Positions 37,301 through 52,300 of a stretch of DNA of 64,000 nt are shown here, piece after piece. The translations under genes and the position numbers were made by a program. A model generated the notes under the pieces. It saw nothing but the letters and a program-made list of their open reading frames with translations. It did not search any database and was not told the DNA's origin. Source of the stretch: Obrimoposthia wandeli (lineage: Eukaryota); assembly GCA_977020255.1 (NCBI GenBank), contig CDROCS010001100.1:124001-188000 (forward strand), in the 5' to 3' direction. The first letter of the stretch is position 1. The number at the start of each line of letters is the position of its first letter.

Positions 37301-40300
37301 AGAATAAAGATTCTCGATTATAGATACAAATTATCTTCAATAACCATCATGAGGATAATAAACTCATCTGGTGTATCATAATCATATGCGACGTTTAGGT
37401 TCATGCTTTTTCAAAGAGACAGTAACTGGTGACTTATATCTAAACATTCTTCAAAATTATTTCCCACCACAATTCCTTCTTTTGCCAAACATGCAAGATG
37501 GATCACCAGCTCACTATTCAACAGTTGTACACACTTTTTAGGTGATCATTTTCCTGGCACATGGCTTGAAGGAGCTATATTGGCCTCCTACTTCCCCGAC
37601 ATGACACCGTGGATTTTGTTCTGTTGGGATCAAACCAATAATATTGTTTTCGAAGAACCAATTTCTTCACTTGGTACGCTCACAATAAAATAACACAAAG
37701 GTTCCAAACGATTTCCAGTGAATTATGAGAAAATGTTTGTTCTTCAGTGTCTGGAAGATTACAACGATGCCTGGAGACGAAAGGGAAACATTTTTTATAC
37801 CTATCTGATCTTGTTAATATTTTATTCGCGATTTAAGTTGTATTACTATAAAAACCCACCCGTTTATTTTATTAGATAATAAAACCATATTAATAGCAAA
37901 CACATGCAGGGAATTTATTTCCCTCTAGCAATAAACTGTAAGGTGTCTTCTATTTCATGTACAGCCGATGATTCTCCAGGGGAAATTGTTTGTCTGACAC
38001 TGCTTTGTGGTTTTCGAGGTTGTAACAGCATTTTCTGATTATTTCCAAAGTATTGGAAAGAATAAGTAATATATTTTCTGGTATTTCAATTTCTTTCAAA
38101 AGGTCTTTATCAAAAATTTTAATTCGTTAATTTTAATTATTTTTTGATACATACACCCACTTTTCAATCCTCTCCCACTTGTCAGCATCCACCGGTTTAT
38201 TTTTATCAAAGGCACACGAAACAGTTATGCATGAACTCTTGTGGTATTTTTTAAATCGCCGAGTCTTCGGCATTGTTTTATACGAGTCTTTTCTGACAAT
38301 TCTAGATACATAATGGTATATTATTATTATACAAATTTGCATATTTTTGGATCGAAGCTTTTACAATTTGCTTTTGCGTCTCATCACTTCTGAATGTCAT
38401 AAAAATTTGAATTTTTAAATTTTATCACATTGCTTATGTATGTTAGTAGCTAATGTCGTTTTAAACTTCATTGTGTTATGGTGTCTCTTTCTCGTATTTG
38501 AAATACTAATCTTGCTGTTTTGTTAGAAATACTTTGTAGCTGATTCAAATGTTAAATAGACAAGTTGCATAGCAGTAGATACTGGAAATTAAACATAATA
38601 CTCGGTCCAGGATTTACCAGTACAGTACAAACACTATCGTGGAGAAGACATACACTTTCGCCTACAAAGCCGGATTCACAGAAGAGAAAAAATATAGCGT
38701 AATTATAACACCGACAGTTCAGGTAGGTTTTCTTATTTATTTAATTATGGCAGTTAACAGGTTTTGAGAGAGACCCGTCTAATTCTTTTACTAAGCTGTA
38801 TCTGACAAAAGTATAAAGGAAAATTGGGATTTAACTTTGGTTGGTCCAAATAATGGGAATGAGTAAGATAAAGTTGGTTAGAGTCGAAAAGAAATGGTTA
38901 TATTAAGAGATGTTGTCACGAGAAAGAGCAACAAAGCATAGAGAAATCCCGGTGAACCTGCCCAAAAATTGCATCATGGACACAATCTAAATAAAGTTCC
39001 ATTGTATAGTGGCACCATAAAAATGGTTCATTGTATAATATCAACCAATTGGTAAACCCCAGGTAGTCCAGATTTTAATTTGTTTGGCCAGTGCTATTTT
39101 ATTTATTAGAATCTAAGCGCCGTCACAAAAATTTAGAAAGTTATGACGACTTGAAAGACTCTTCATTTACACTTGAATGAAGTGAATAAACGTTCTGTGC
39201 TTCAATTCTAGGATCTTGCCTTTTGATTATATCCTTTCCCTTACCCCAAGCAAGAAGACATCGATGACCTCATCGAGAAACATTTGTCAATCTTCTTAAC
39301 ACTTAGAGAAGGTTTGTATTATTGCAAAAACAACAGAGTAATATTTGACGCTATTGAGATAGACTACAATGTCTCTGACTAGCGATTCCACACAATACAG
39401 TTCAGCGGCCTTCAATCCCTCTTGTTCATTCAGTGCACACGAAAGAAGAATACAAGATAGTCAAAATAGTCTTGAACCTTAGTATGACCAATTCAGATGT
39501 GATTTCAAGATGATCGCTTTCTTGACGGGTCTTCAGGTATGTCTCACCATCTTCCCCGCTTAGTGGCTCCATGGCATAGCAAGTATGGAAGAACGAAATC
39601 AAGACAGATGGGATGAATCCATGATGGGAGACTACATAATGGAATCAATGCCTCATAATTCAAATAAGCAAAGTAGAAAATCTAGATTGAATGTTCATTT
39701 TTGATAAAGAATTTATGTAAACAAGTCCAAATATATGTACATTGTTGTAAAAATGCTGTTTTCTTGTTTTCTTTCCGTATTTTGATGGATACAATGTCAT
39801 ATTTTAACATGTTATTCAATAATTAATGACATTTATGAAAGATTTGCAATGTCTACCGCTTACAAACCTTTTTCATTTATATTATTAGGTTTGTTTACCT
39901 CGGTTCTACCATTAATTTAATGCGTTTTTGTCGCCTTATTCTTAGATTGTTTGTTTTCAGGCCGAAATGAGGACTTATTTCAATTGCTCGACGATTGATG
40001 GTGCCTTTTTGGAGGACTTTGGAGGTACCACCAATTCTTTGTCGCATTTTGAAAAGAAGATGTTTCTGGTGAGATTTATAATGTCCTAAAAATTGTAAGA
40101 CTTCGGGGATTTGCCAAAAGAGTAATTGAATATAAAATTAGAAAATAAATGCGTTAGAATATTTGATTATTAGAGCTTTGACAAAACAATTTTCCATTAA
40201 ATTCAGATTCCAATATCATAGCAAGATGAGAAAACATTGAAAAATATCATCTATTATAACTCAGTTCCATTTTGTAAAAAGACTTTTCCTAAACAATACA

Positions 40301-43300
40301 TTTTGATCCATTAATATTATATATATGAATTTGCTATGTAAATGCTAGTAGGTAATTCCAAATGATGATCTTTACGGATCTTTCGACATATATAGGGCAG
40401 TAGCACCAATGCCTGTTCAAACAAAAAACTGATTTTTGGTTATCGAGATTTTTCATCATTGATAAATCCAAAAAAATTTAATAGTGCAATATTTTTAAAA
40501 CTAATTTTCATTTAAAATTAATATTTTATTTCTCAATTTTAAATGGATGTGATGCTGAATCTTTCTGTAGAATTAGACGAATTTTGAATTCAATTTTGGC
40601 TTTAATCGATATATCATTTTTGAAAGATTTGTTCATTTTTATTATTTTTACTTTCATAAATGTATCATTTTAAATATTCTATTTTTCTTAATACATTTGT
40701 TTTTGATATACAGATTGTTTACTTGTACATTAATGTATTTAAAAATAGAGCTCTCAAACTTTATCAATCTTTAGTCGAGAGTTAGACCAAACAAACCCTT
40801 TGCTAGACATGTGGATGACAGTGCCAAATTTTAACTGCTGTGCAGAACGAGCTGATGACAGCGGTAATAGCCGCAGACGGATCGCTCTCCCGGTTCACCT
40901 TGGCATTGATGCAGGACACGGGGTCAGTCAGAATTGATGCTTTCATCACTAGCTGGGTTTTGGCGCTGGAGCCATAAGGTTCCCAATTAAAATGGTTCTG
41001 TTTGTCTTTTAATAGTATAAAGTTCGTTTAATAAATGACTTTATTAATAAATGACCACAAATTCAAAACAAACGCATTGTTATAAAATCAGGGGGCCAAC
41101 AATTGGGAGAGTGCATAAGCATTTACTATATTATTTTAAAATTTATAACGAGAACATTTAAAACTAAACTAAACTACTTGAACCCCACTACGCTTGATGC
41201 GTTCGGGGGGGGAATTAGAATTGTTCTAACTGTATCTCTCATAACTTGGGCGGGGAAGCAAAATCTGGATCAAACGGTAAACATTCTAAGTATACAAACT
41301 ACGCGTAAAGGATACACACTGTGGTGATATGGCGCATTAAAACTGAACGAGGACTTAAATATCCATATATTTTTCTGTGTCTAACGTTTTATTAATCATA
41401 GCCTGTACACGTTGTCTAAATGCCCCCGACGATTTACTCCACTCCTGCTGGATGACTTTCTTGAGGGAGTCAATGTTAGGGGGATAGGTTTTGTTGGTTA
41501 CTCTCTCTAAGTTGCTCTACACAGCGAAGTTCATTGGGTTCAGGTCGGGGCTGGAGGAGCAGTAGTCTGGTCCCAGAAATCTGCATAGTTAGACCGACAG
41601 AACTGGTGGAATTTCTTAGCCGTATGACCAGGTGCCCCATTCTGGGTCTGCACATAGTTTTATTCGGGGTACTCCTTCTTCAACCAAGGCAGAACTTGCC
41701 GCAAATTTTCTTTAGCTGACACATAATTTGAAAATTTTAAGTGTAATAAAAACGAATCATCCTTAATAAATAAACAAATTTTATAAAATAAATCTAAAAT
41801 TTACTTTATGTATTTATATGGTTTTTACTGTCTATTTAACACTGTATGTAGTAAAAGAGACACATATTTTTAAACAAAAACAAGACGTTGGACCCTATTA
41901 TTAATTTATTCCACTAGTCTTATCAGTTTCATGGATAAATGATCAGCGGAAAGAAGATGTACAGTTTTTAGACTTTACAGTTTCCACTACGACTGCGATA
42001 ATTACGTTTGAAGAACTTCATCAATCACTGAAAGATGTTGATTTAGATCCTTCAAACTCCACTGCATTTCCGGCAAATAACGGTAAGGCCATGATCGCAC
42101 CAGCAAGAAAATTTGTCGATTCTGAAACTGAAATTACTTAGAAAATGAAGATGCCCAATTTGACTGTGGCATTTGTTGGGTGTCACAGGTTAAATAATGT
42201 CATATTAAATGTAACGAATGGAGGGATATTTTACCAAGAGGTTCTTATTTACAATTTTGTAGCTGGTTAAAAGTTTACTTTCTATACCTGGGTCATCATT
42301 TTCTGATACTCATTGAAATGGGCAACGCAGACAGCTGCTTTGTGTTCAAGAATCGGGAAATGTTTGAAGAAGAGAGGAATTTAAATCCAGACTTTACTCA
42401 TTGCTTGATCGTCTTGCTCTGAAGCAAATGTTTAATGTGCTGGAAAACAAGATGCTACTAGGAAAAGTTTTAAAAAAAATGGCGGTACCCGATCGAATTG
42501 TTGCACAGGTAAGATAGATACAAAATTTTGTTAATTTACTTGTGCAAAGTGATGGAATACTGACATACAGTGTCAGAATTTGTGAGGAGACTGGATAAAG
42601 AACCTAACTTATCAAGGAGGTTCGAAACCTTCACTGACATTGTATTGGTGCTAGTATTGACTAATCCAGAGCTGTGTGAAAGAAAGGAATAAACTGCAGA
42701 AGAAACAAAATATGCCGTAAATTTTATTGTAAGCACCAAAAAACAAGATTAAGCCGATCAATGCATCGCCTAAAAGGACAATGAACAATTGAATAGCAAC
42801 AATGAAAATCAATGGAATCAAGACGTATCTGAATTTGATCCATGGAATGCAATATTTGACACGGTCAATGAAAAAAAAACAGAGCATGAGATGCGATCTT
42901 AAGAAGGAATAGAAAAAACCAAAGTGACATCATTTGACGGAGAGTTAGAATATTTTCATTCTACTGTTGGTGAAGCAAACTCGCATTTGCATATTTTCAT
43001 GATAATTCAAAAAATATCCTTATCTTACCGACTGTACTCGTTACTTTCTTTCAATTATTCTTTCGTCTGCAAACTCAGAAAAGGCCTCTTCAAAGGCAAA
43101 GTTATTATCTGAGAGAAGAACGAACAAATTGTCTGACTCAAACTAATAGAGCGGCATTAGAATAGCTTGAATTTTGAGTACATTTATCTAATGTTTAGTT
43201 AGAAGCATCAAAATACTTTCACGTAGAATAATCAATGATAATGATTAATCGCTCCAAAATGCATCACTAATAATGATAAAATCTTTAATTCCTTCTATAT

Positions 43301-46300
43301 TTTTTTAAAATATTTAAACTTAAAAATGAAAATAAAATAATTTAAAAGGAAAAAAACTGTTATTTAATCTCCATACAGTAAAGAAAAATTGCCTAAGGCT
43401 GATTTGTATTAGATTGTTAATATTCAATTATTTTTAGATTAGTAATTTTATTTTCACTTGCACCTCCACAAATCATATTAAAGTCTTTTGAAAATATCTC
43501 GATACATTTTCATCGAGAATTCTCTCTTACTGGAATATTGCCCTTTCAAAGTTGCAGAAATTCATTTCATTTTCGAGTATAGTTTAGAAATTCAAATTCG
43601 CGATTTTCAAATTTGATCATCTCAAAAAGTTTGGAAACCCCTGCTCTAACCTAAGCTGGTGTCTGAATATTTGAAATAATTTTCTTTTTTCACTTCGCTT
43701 AGTCAATAAAAATCCGTCAAAAGTCAATAATAACTAAACTGATCTTGTTTTTATTTATCGTTAAATGAAATGATTGGAGATTTTTACTTTTCTTTAAATT
43801 CGTAGAAAAATTGTGAAAGTAAATAGTATGCCTTTTATAATTATCGTTTATAGTATTTTCCTTCATCTTTAATACAAATACACGCATTATTAAATATCAT
43901 TTCCTCTACTAAACGGTAGATACCAGTTCAAGTACACTACGTATTACTTTTTAAATTATTTACTTTGTTACTTTTTTATCATCGACAGTGTATTTTGTGT
44001 AGTTAAATTAAATCGATAATTTTCAGATGGTACACAGTCAATTTCCTCAGTGCCGACAAGTACAATCAAACACGGAATATCGGCTGCGACTTTCTCACCA
44101 AATCCTGTTACGACTTTATGACCAGCATGATTAGTAGGTAAGACACTTAAGAGCATTTAATATTTCCGGATCGTGGGTGCTGGGTTTGTTCCACTTACTC
44201 ACAGTCAAGTTTTACGAATCCACTTCAGTACAACACATCTCGCCTACACAGTCTACAGTCACATACCCTGCGACATGACAAAGCAGGCAATTCAAATATT
44301 GCTACCGTGTTTAGCCTCATATAAGTAAACATCCCCTACGTTAGAAAATATATCAAAGAATAATTTATGGCCCACAAATAAGAGGCAGCACCCTTTTAGG
44401 TTTAGGTACGTTTTCAATATATGTTAATGGGTGTTATCTTACTATTGTTCCTTATGACGTTTTTATACGTTTTTTGGTTGAAAAAGTACCTAACCTATTT
44501 ATATATTATGCTTACCAAACCACTGAAAGCTATATATTTATAAAGTTCTATCTACAGTTCCGTGAATCACGTTTAACATATACATTTTCAGTAATTGGAT
44601 TTATAGTACGCACCCCAAATTTGGATTTGATAAATCGATGTTTCAGTGCGTCTTATCTGTGGATACATTTGGTAGTCACTACGTTATTGAATCAAATTAT
44701 AATTAATTGATCTAACAATCAATATAAAAGTAATAAACAAAATATAACTAGTATATTGACGCCTCCTCGCCAACTTCTTCGCAGAAATCAGCCGATAGCG
44801 CCGTACTGCAACAGTGTCCAGACCCTCTTCTGCTCTGAGGATGCTAGCACTGTCCAGTACTGTCCTCTTGTGTTAAGCAGCTTCACAATCCCTAACCAGT
44901 ACCGATACATGTCTGACCCAAACCTCATCTACCCAGATCACTATAGCGATTATTGTCCTTTTGTGCAGGTCTGTGGTCCTCTTTCTGCTAGTTTATTTCC
45001 TTAATTTCGGAAATAATTTAATGCTCAACTGCCCCGACAGTCTAATCTTGAACAAAAGAGACAGTTTTTGATTCGAAATTATCACCTAATTTATATTCAT
45101 ACACTAAAATGTTTTCATTTTATAAGAACGTCGGTATAGTTTTTATCGGTTAGTCTGTATTTAGTTAACATTTATTAATGTATATTTTAAATATTTATTT
45201 GTTACGTTAAATTAATATTGCAAATAATTTTAGAATTTATTTCAAAACGTTTATTTTTTAATTATTATTTATTTAGTTAAGTGTATATATCAGATAAAGT
45301 GTATAAAACTGATTCATAAAAAAGTAATATATAGAATAATATGTTTTTATTACTTACAATTTTAAGTAAATTAGTTAAAAGTAATCATATGTTTATGTAT
45401 AAATATATTCGATTCTTAAAAATTGTATTTAAGACAAAAAAGTAAATTAAAAAGTAAATAATAATAATGATAGTAAAATCGTATATTAATAAATTTTAAC
45501 TTAATACAGATGGATCGATAAAACTTTACAGTTGTGTGTTTTATTGTATGGATATAAATTAAACCGGTCATTCTGAGTCAAAAAACCCTCAATTTAAAAT
45601 TACGTGAATTTTTTTTTCTTCTATTTATATAATGAAATACAAATGAGAGAAAACGAATTAAGAAAAAGATTATCCATTGATAGAGATCTAAATAAGGAGA
45701 AATATATTAATTTAAAATGTAGTATAATAAAGGTCAGTTTGGTTTTCTATCGTATACATAATTCAAAAGAATCCGATTCTGCAAACACAAAGTAATTGTA
45801 TACTTGGGATTTGACAAATAAATATTGCTGGTAGGATATTTCCGGTTATTCAAATTTACACTTCCTCTGCCATTCGATTCTTCTGGGGAGGATTCCTCTT
45901 GGAAACTGACTTGATACCTGTCGTGGACTCCAGAATTATATTTTTCTATATGGGCCTTCATACTGGTCACTATACTTGCTTCTTTTAATTGGTTCCTTTT
46001 TAACAAGCACATTTTCATTTACTTCAAATATTCTTTCCCCTCTTCTTTCATTATCTAACTTCTTTAACTTTTCAGCTGCGGTTTGTTGGTTCTTCCTTAC
46101 GTCTTGAATGATATTTTCTTTATTGTTTGTTGTTGTATTTGATGCTTGGATTGTTATTTTTCTCCATAAATGACCTCAAACGGTGAATGTTTTGAAGAAC
46201 TATTTACTGTTGCATTTATAGCAAATTCAAATAGTGACAATAAATCGTGCCAACATTTTCCTGTTTTAGTAGACGCTATTGTCGTTACAATCATATATTT

Positions 46301-49300
46301 TACTGTGCGTATAACTCTTTCTGCTAGACCGTTAGCTTGGTGTTGATAAGGTGTTGTAAGCTCCTGTTCAATACCAAATTTTCCTAGCCAATTCTGAAAA
46401 TAATTTCCAGTAAATATTCGTCCTCTATCTGTTAAAATACTCTTAGGTTTTCCAAATGTATGTATCTAATTTGTCTTGAGGGCTTTAGTAATTGTTATTT
46501 CATCTTCTTTCGAGGTTGCTGATAGTGATACCAGTTTACTAAATCGATCGATTACTATCAACATATATTTCTATTTAAATCTTCCTTCCTTCATGTGAGC
46601 TATATCGACAACTATTTTATCTAAAAAATTACTTTGATTATAGGAATATATATTTCTTTTGTTCTGCTTGTTTCAATTTTTCTTTTGGCACAGTAAACGC
46701 ACTTTGATATACATTCTTTACTTTCTTGAACAAAACCTTTTAAATAGAAGTTATCTTTCATATAGTTATAAACTTTTTGTATTCCTAGGTGACAAAGATA
46801 TTGGTGACTTTCATTAATAATTTCATTGGTGTTCTTCGAAGATATGACAATTAAATCTGTAAAGTTTTGTTCAAAATAAAGGATATCATCACAGAGTTTA
46901 AGTTTCTCTCTTATCTGATAAATCCAACTTCTTTTGTATTCTTCTGATAAATCCTTACTTTCCAGTTGGAGGAAAACTTTCATTTCCTTCACATAAATAT
47001 CTTCTTGATGTATTTTCCTTATCTTACTCAAGAGGTTCTCTTTATTTAGTGAGTTAATATATCGTATTTTAGATCTCTTCTCCTGTGCATCTATATGTTT
47101 ACTTTCACACTTAGCAGAGTGTTTCATTCAATCTTGACATACCATCGGCATTACCACGGTCAATACCTTTACGGTGTTCTAACTTAAAATTAAATTCTGA
47201 TAAATTTGCCGGCCATGTTTGAAATTGAGGACTGATTGGTTTTTTCGTCGTTCTTAAAAACACTAATGCTTTATGATCTGTTCTTGCCTAAAATTATGTT
47301 CCATATAAATATTGTTTGAAATGTATAATAAATTTGTATACTGCTAAAAGTTAATTTTTGGTAATAAATATTCTTTCTCATGGGAAGTCAGATGTCTTGA
47401 AGCGTATGCAATCACTTTTTCGTTTCTCATTTCATCCAGTTGGCTCAATACTGCCCCAATCGCACCAAAGCTTGCGTCTGTATCAATTATAAATTTTCTA
47501 CTTCGCCTGAGAAAGTCTAATATGGGAGCTGTTGTTAATTTTTCTTTGAGGAGTGCAAAACTTATTTTACAATCCGGTGACCATTGTATTGACTTCTTAT
47601 CTCCGGACCCCGCTGCATATATTTGCATAATCTTTAATAAATCATCGATAATAGTTTGTCATTCCTAATAATGATTTTACTTTTCTGCTACAATCTGGTT
47701 CTTTGGAATTTATAATTTCGTTGACTTTCGACTGATTTGTTTTCTGACCGCTTTCTGTTACGGTATGACCTAGGAATTTTACTGTTTTTGATCAATGCAG
47801 CACTTATTAGGGTTTAGTTTAGCCCTGCAGCTGCAATTCGTTTGAATAATTTCTTTAATAAGTTATAATGTTCTTCTTGGTTGGTACTATAAACAAGGAT
47901 ATCATCCAAATATACAATTGCTCCTTTGAACAGCAAACCATCTAAAATTTTTCAAGGATATCGTCAGTTTCGATACGAACTTGAAAGTTTCTTGCTGATG
48001 CGATCATGGCATTACAGTTTTTTGAAGAATCCCATGGCTGAGTTAAGGCAATGTTGAGTTGATTCAGTATAAAGAATTGCAATGGAGTGCTTGTGGTGAC
48101 TAGGAAGCCACTGGGATGCAAGAAAATTAGAATAAATTCTGTCGCTTTATTTGTTTTGAGAATACAACATAACTGCAAAATTAATTTACGGGTTAGATTT
48201 AATCCAAATCCAGAACAAAAAAATCTGAAAAAAAAAAGTGTCATTTGTTCAATTTCAACATATTCTTTTACGACACTATTAACACGTACATATTAAATGG
48301 ATCGCACTCGAATGTGTAATGAATTGTGCACAGACCTATGCTCAATACAGCACATCCGGGTCGTTGGAAAATACGGGAGCCTGTACGGATTCCAACAATA
48401 ATGCCGTTTCCGGTGAGTATAACAAATTCCTGGGGAAACGCCATTTATACTTAGTTTAAACCTTTGTCTCAGAACTAAATACAATGTAGAAATTCTGATT
48501 TTACCAAATTATTACAAGGAATTCCACTACACTTTTTCTATATTCTACAGTCAAAGTATGCTTAATTTATAAATAAAACGGCAATGAATTCAGCATATGA
48601 TCAATTTAAAAAATGTTCCTAAGTGTCTCAGATCCATATTGAAATGTATAAAATTTAACAATAAAAAAGATTCTAATTAGCAAAACATGCAATTTTAAAG
48701 TTTCATCACATGATTTAATTATCGCACCATTTAGTTTTTGAAATGATATCAAATCGTTTAATAGTTACAGCATCTCAATTTAATAGTTGCAGCAAATTAT
48801 AAATTATAAATTCGTCACATAATATTGTCATTTGGCGATTATTTTGATAAATTCAACATTTGAATTGCAGGTTTTAAAAAATGCTTCGACGTCTGTTACT
48901 GTTTCGAACTTGTAAATTGTTTCATCCAACATCTAATTTGAAATATCATCGACATGGTCGTTACAATATATTCCCGGGCTTGGAGCACCCAAAAGAATCT
49001 TGCTTTTTTCTAGAACGTGGATTCGAAATTTCATTCTGTTTCCAGCCATATCAGGGTCGGACATTGTTGAGCAATAATGAAGATTCACTTGTGAATCAAT
49101 GATACTTTAATTAAATCAGTAACTGCCGAAAATAACACATATTTCATAGAAAAAGTGTTGGAAAAATTAATTTAGATAGATGCAAACTCAATTAAACTAA
49201 AAAGTGTGTTAAAATAACTAATTCTGATGTTAAACTATTAATTTATTGAAGAATTATTAAATACTACTAAAAAACAAAAATATGCCTTTGAATGTATGCT

Positions 49301-52300
49301 CTTTACACTTTAAAACAGAAGAACTAATGAAGCTTTACTCTTAATATCGTCAGAAATAGTTTTGTCCATATATAGTTCCTAACCACTATTCCCCAGACAT
49401 TTTCCTCTATGTTCAAATCTGGGTCTAAGTAGGGAAGTCCAAAACTTCAAATTGTTGTCGACTAAACCATTTCTTTCTTGCTGTGGCAGTATGTGGGGAA
49501 TCATTATCTTGCTGGAAAATAGCTTGTAATAAACTTTCTGAATTTTCATCACTAAAAGCGATACTTTTGTGATATTATTTCGCTTTCTTAGAATATTTTT
49601 AATGAAATTTACTCGGTTTATTTTGTAATCTTTGGTAAGAACGGGAGGCTTCTTTCTTTTGTTTGCCATATTTTAACATGGACTTCGTTAATATTAGGTG
49701 TACACTAGACTTGCTGACTTGGTGATTAATACCGCGTGAATCTCACCGACGATGATTTGTCTTTTCTTGCTGCTCGTAGAATAAAGGTAGCCGATCTGTT
49801 TCCGATATTTATATCGCCATCTATTTTCTGTCTTTGTTTCAATGTTAACAAACTCTCTCTTGACAGTATATACTCCTAAAATAAAAGTAATTGATAATAT
49901 CTCACAGTTACGCTTTGATTTGATGGAAATAAATCGCTTTAACAGGTCAATTCTTAATGGTTTTGGGACAGATAAGTTTTTACAAAATAATATTTGATTA
50001 TTGTATTTTCACAACCAGCACTATTTTATAGCTCCAACCTTTTGAAGCTTCCTATTAAAATGAAAAATATTTTAGATGTCGGAGACAGGGCATAGTCAGT
50101 GCTGATTTGTCAATTAAAGTAACCGGTTCGGAGTGGGAGCGAGTGGGGAGTTGGGAAATCGTAAACATAAAAATATTTGCTATTCAGAAAGGAACGTAAT
50201 ATTTTAATTGATTGAATGACCAAGCTAAAGTGCGCTTCAGAAAAACATCAACATAACAATTGAAAAAGAAAGAATTTTTAAAGTCTTCATAGACAAGAGG
50301 ACATTAGGCCATTAGCTATTTGGGGATATATTGTACTTGATTTTTACCATACATACAGCCTTTGTTACTTGGATTTCCCCCATAGACATTTTCTGTATGT
50401 TGTTCTTTTACCATTTTGGGATTTTTTCTATTTCAATTATCATCAAAATTTATATAGAATATCATTGATTGAATTTCTTTGATTTATAAAAACTGGTTTT
50501 TCATTTGTATTTGTCCTTATATAAACAATTGTCGTCAGTGCCCTGTGCATTGGGTATACAACTATTTTCAAATATTACAAAAAATAAGTTCCGCATGCAC
50601 TCACTAGATGTACATTTTATTTTCTACCAGAAAATCATAATTCCCCTAATCAAAACGCAAAAAAAATACCGCGTCAAAACGAAACGAAACTTTATTGCTT
50701 ATATTATGTTGAAATAAGCAAGCTTTTAAAATTTATGTATTTAAATGGAATAAATAATTTAATATATCATTGCAAATAAATAAAACAATTATTCGGGTTT
50801 GTTCGACACTAAATTTTAAAGAGTGAGGTGTTTTACAAAGTGGTTTAATATCTTGTAAAATTTTGATTGCTCTTTCAGTTAAATTCTGAACAAAAATGTT
50901 TCAGTTAAATTCTAAACAAAGAACGGGAATAAACTCCAAAAAAAATCGGGAAAATTTATGAGACTTTAAAAAGTATTGAAAATTTGTCTAAAAATAAAAA
51001 TTTCATGTTTCTCATATATTGAATTATAAAGCACAAACATTAGTTCTAGGTACATGTAATGGTGAAGGATCTCCAACATTTATTGATCGTTGATTGTGCA
51101 TATCCATGTTTTGAACGCTACCTCAGGTACAAGTTCGGACTACTTCAACCAGAGGTTTGGGTCGTCGTCCACTTGTGTTCCGTTTGACCCGTCAGTGAGA
51201 TGGTCGTATCAGAGATGCAATACAAGGACCTTTCTACGATTCTCGGGTGCCGGTTGTTATGTGGTTAGCGCTATACATGTATATTTATACAACATACGAC
51301 TTCAAATTTTCATAACAACAAATACATTAAAATTACGACAGTACATCTTTATTTGTCGGTAGGAACAAGGGCGGTCGTTGATTGGGCTTAATGAAGCCAT
51401 GAGAAACTGCCTTAATGCCTCTTGAATATTTGAGTTGCTCTTTTGTTTGTGCATTTGCTTTCATGTGGCCTGGTTTGTTCGTAATAATTCCGGTTCACCT
51501 TGTTTCACATGCACTTCTAGGTATCGCCTTTACTTTCTGGATACACATCAGACTCATCTGAGAAAAATACAATATCTCAGTATCGGTCATTTTCATATTT
51601 ATATATTATATTTTGACAACAACCACATCTCTAATGACCTTGACAATTATCGTTCGGGGATTTCGCAATAAATGTGTCAGTAAACATTGACGCTACCTTG
51701 TTCCCATGCAGGGAGCTGCATAAGTTGAGGTCGTCGACACATTCCCTCATGTATATAGGACTCTATTGCAAACTTTCTCGAACCAGAACACCGAACTCCT
51801 GGGAACGTCGTCTCACACATGCGGGGTGATTCATTCAATTGGGACTAAACTCCAGAATATTATAATGAATTATTTGATCTCTTTCAAACCGAATCTGAAT
51901 TTGATGACCTTGATTAATACAATTGAACTTTTAAAACTTCGTGTCGATAGCAAATCGTTTTAGTTTCTCCTCTTTAATTTTTACATAGAGTTTCTAATCA
52001 TGACTTGTTGCAGCACAAGTGCTCAACTTCGTATGGTCTGGTGATTGTGGTCAATGGTCTCTCCTATCAGTGTCGCACTACCGGTCAGGTCATCGATGTC
52101 ACCTCCAAAAATCAATTCATCGTCCCGAGTGGTCAACTCATCTGTCCGGCATGCAACAGTCGCTGCCCGGTTAGTTGCTACCTACTCTAATCCACACTGA
52201 TCCATAAACCCTTTACGTATACTGCTTCAGTTGCCCTCTGATTCCAATAGAGACAGCTTTCAAGGCATAGTAAAATTAGTAAATTAGTGTAGTAAAAATA

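Noticed and set aside
41900-42500. hAT transposase remnant (GCHRL)
   Set aside because: Single weak motif, no TIR or TSD found.
51400-51960. Penelope-like RT/GIY-YIG remnant
   Set aside because: Only faint motif resemblance; too degraded to support without a search.
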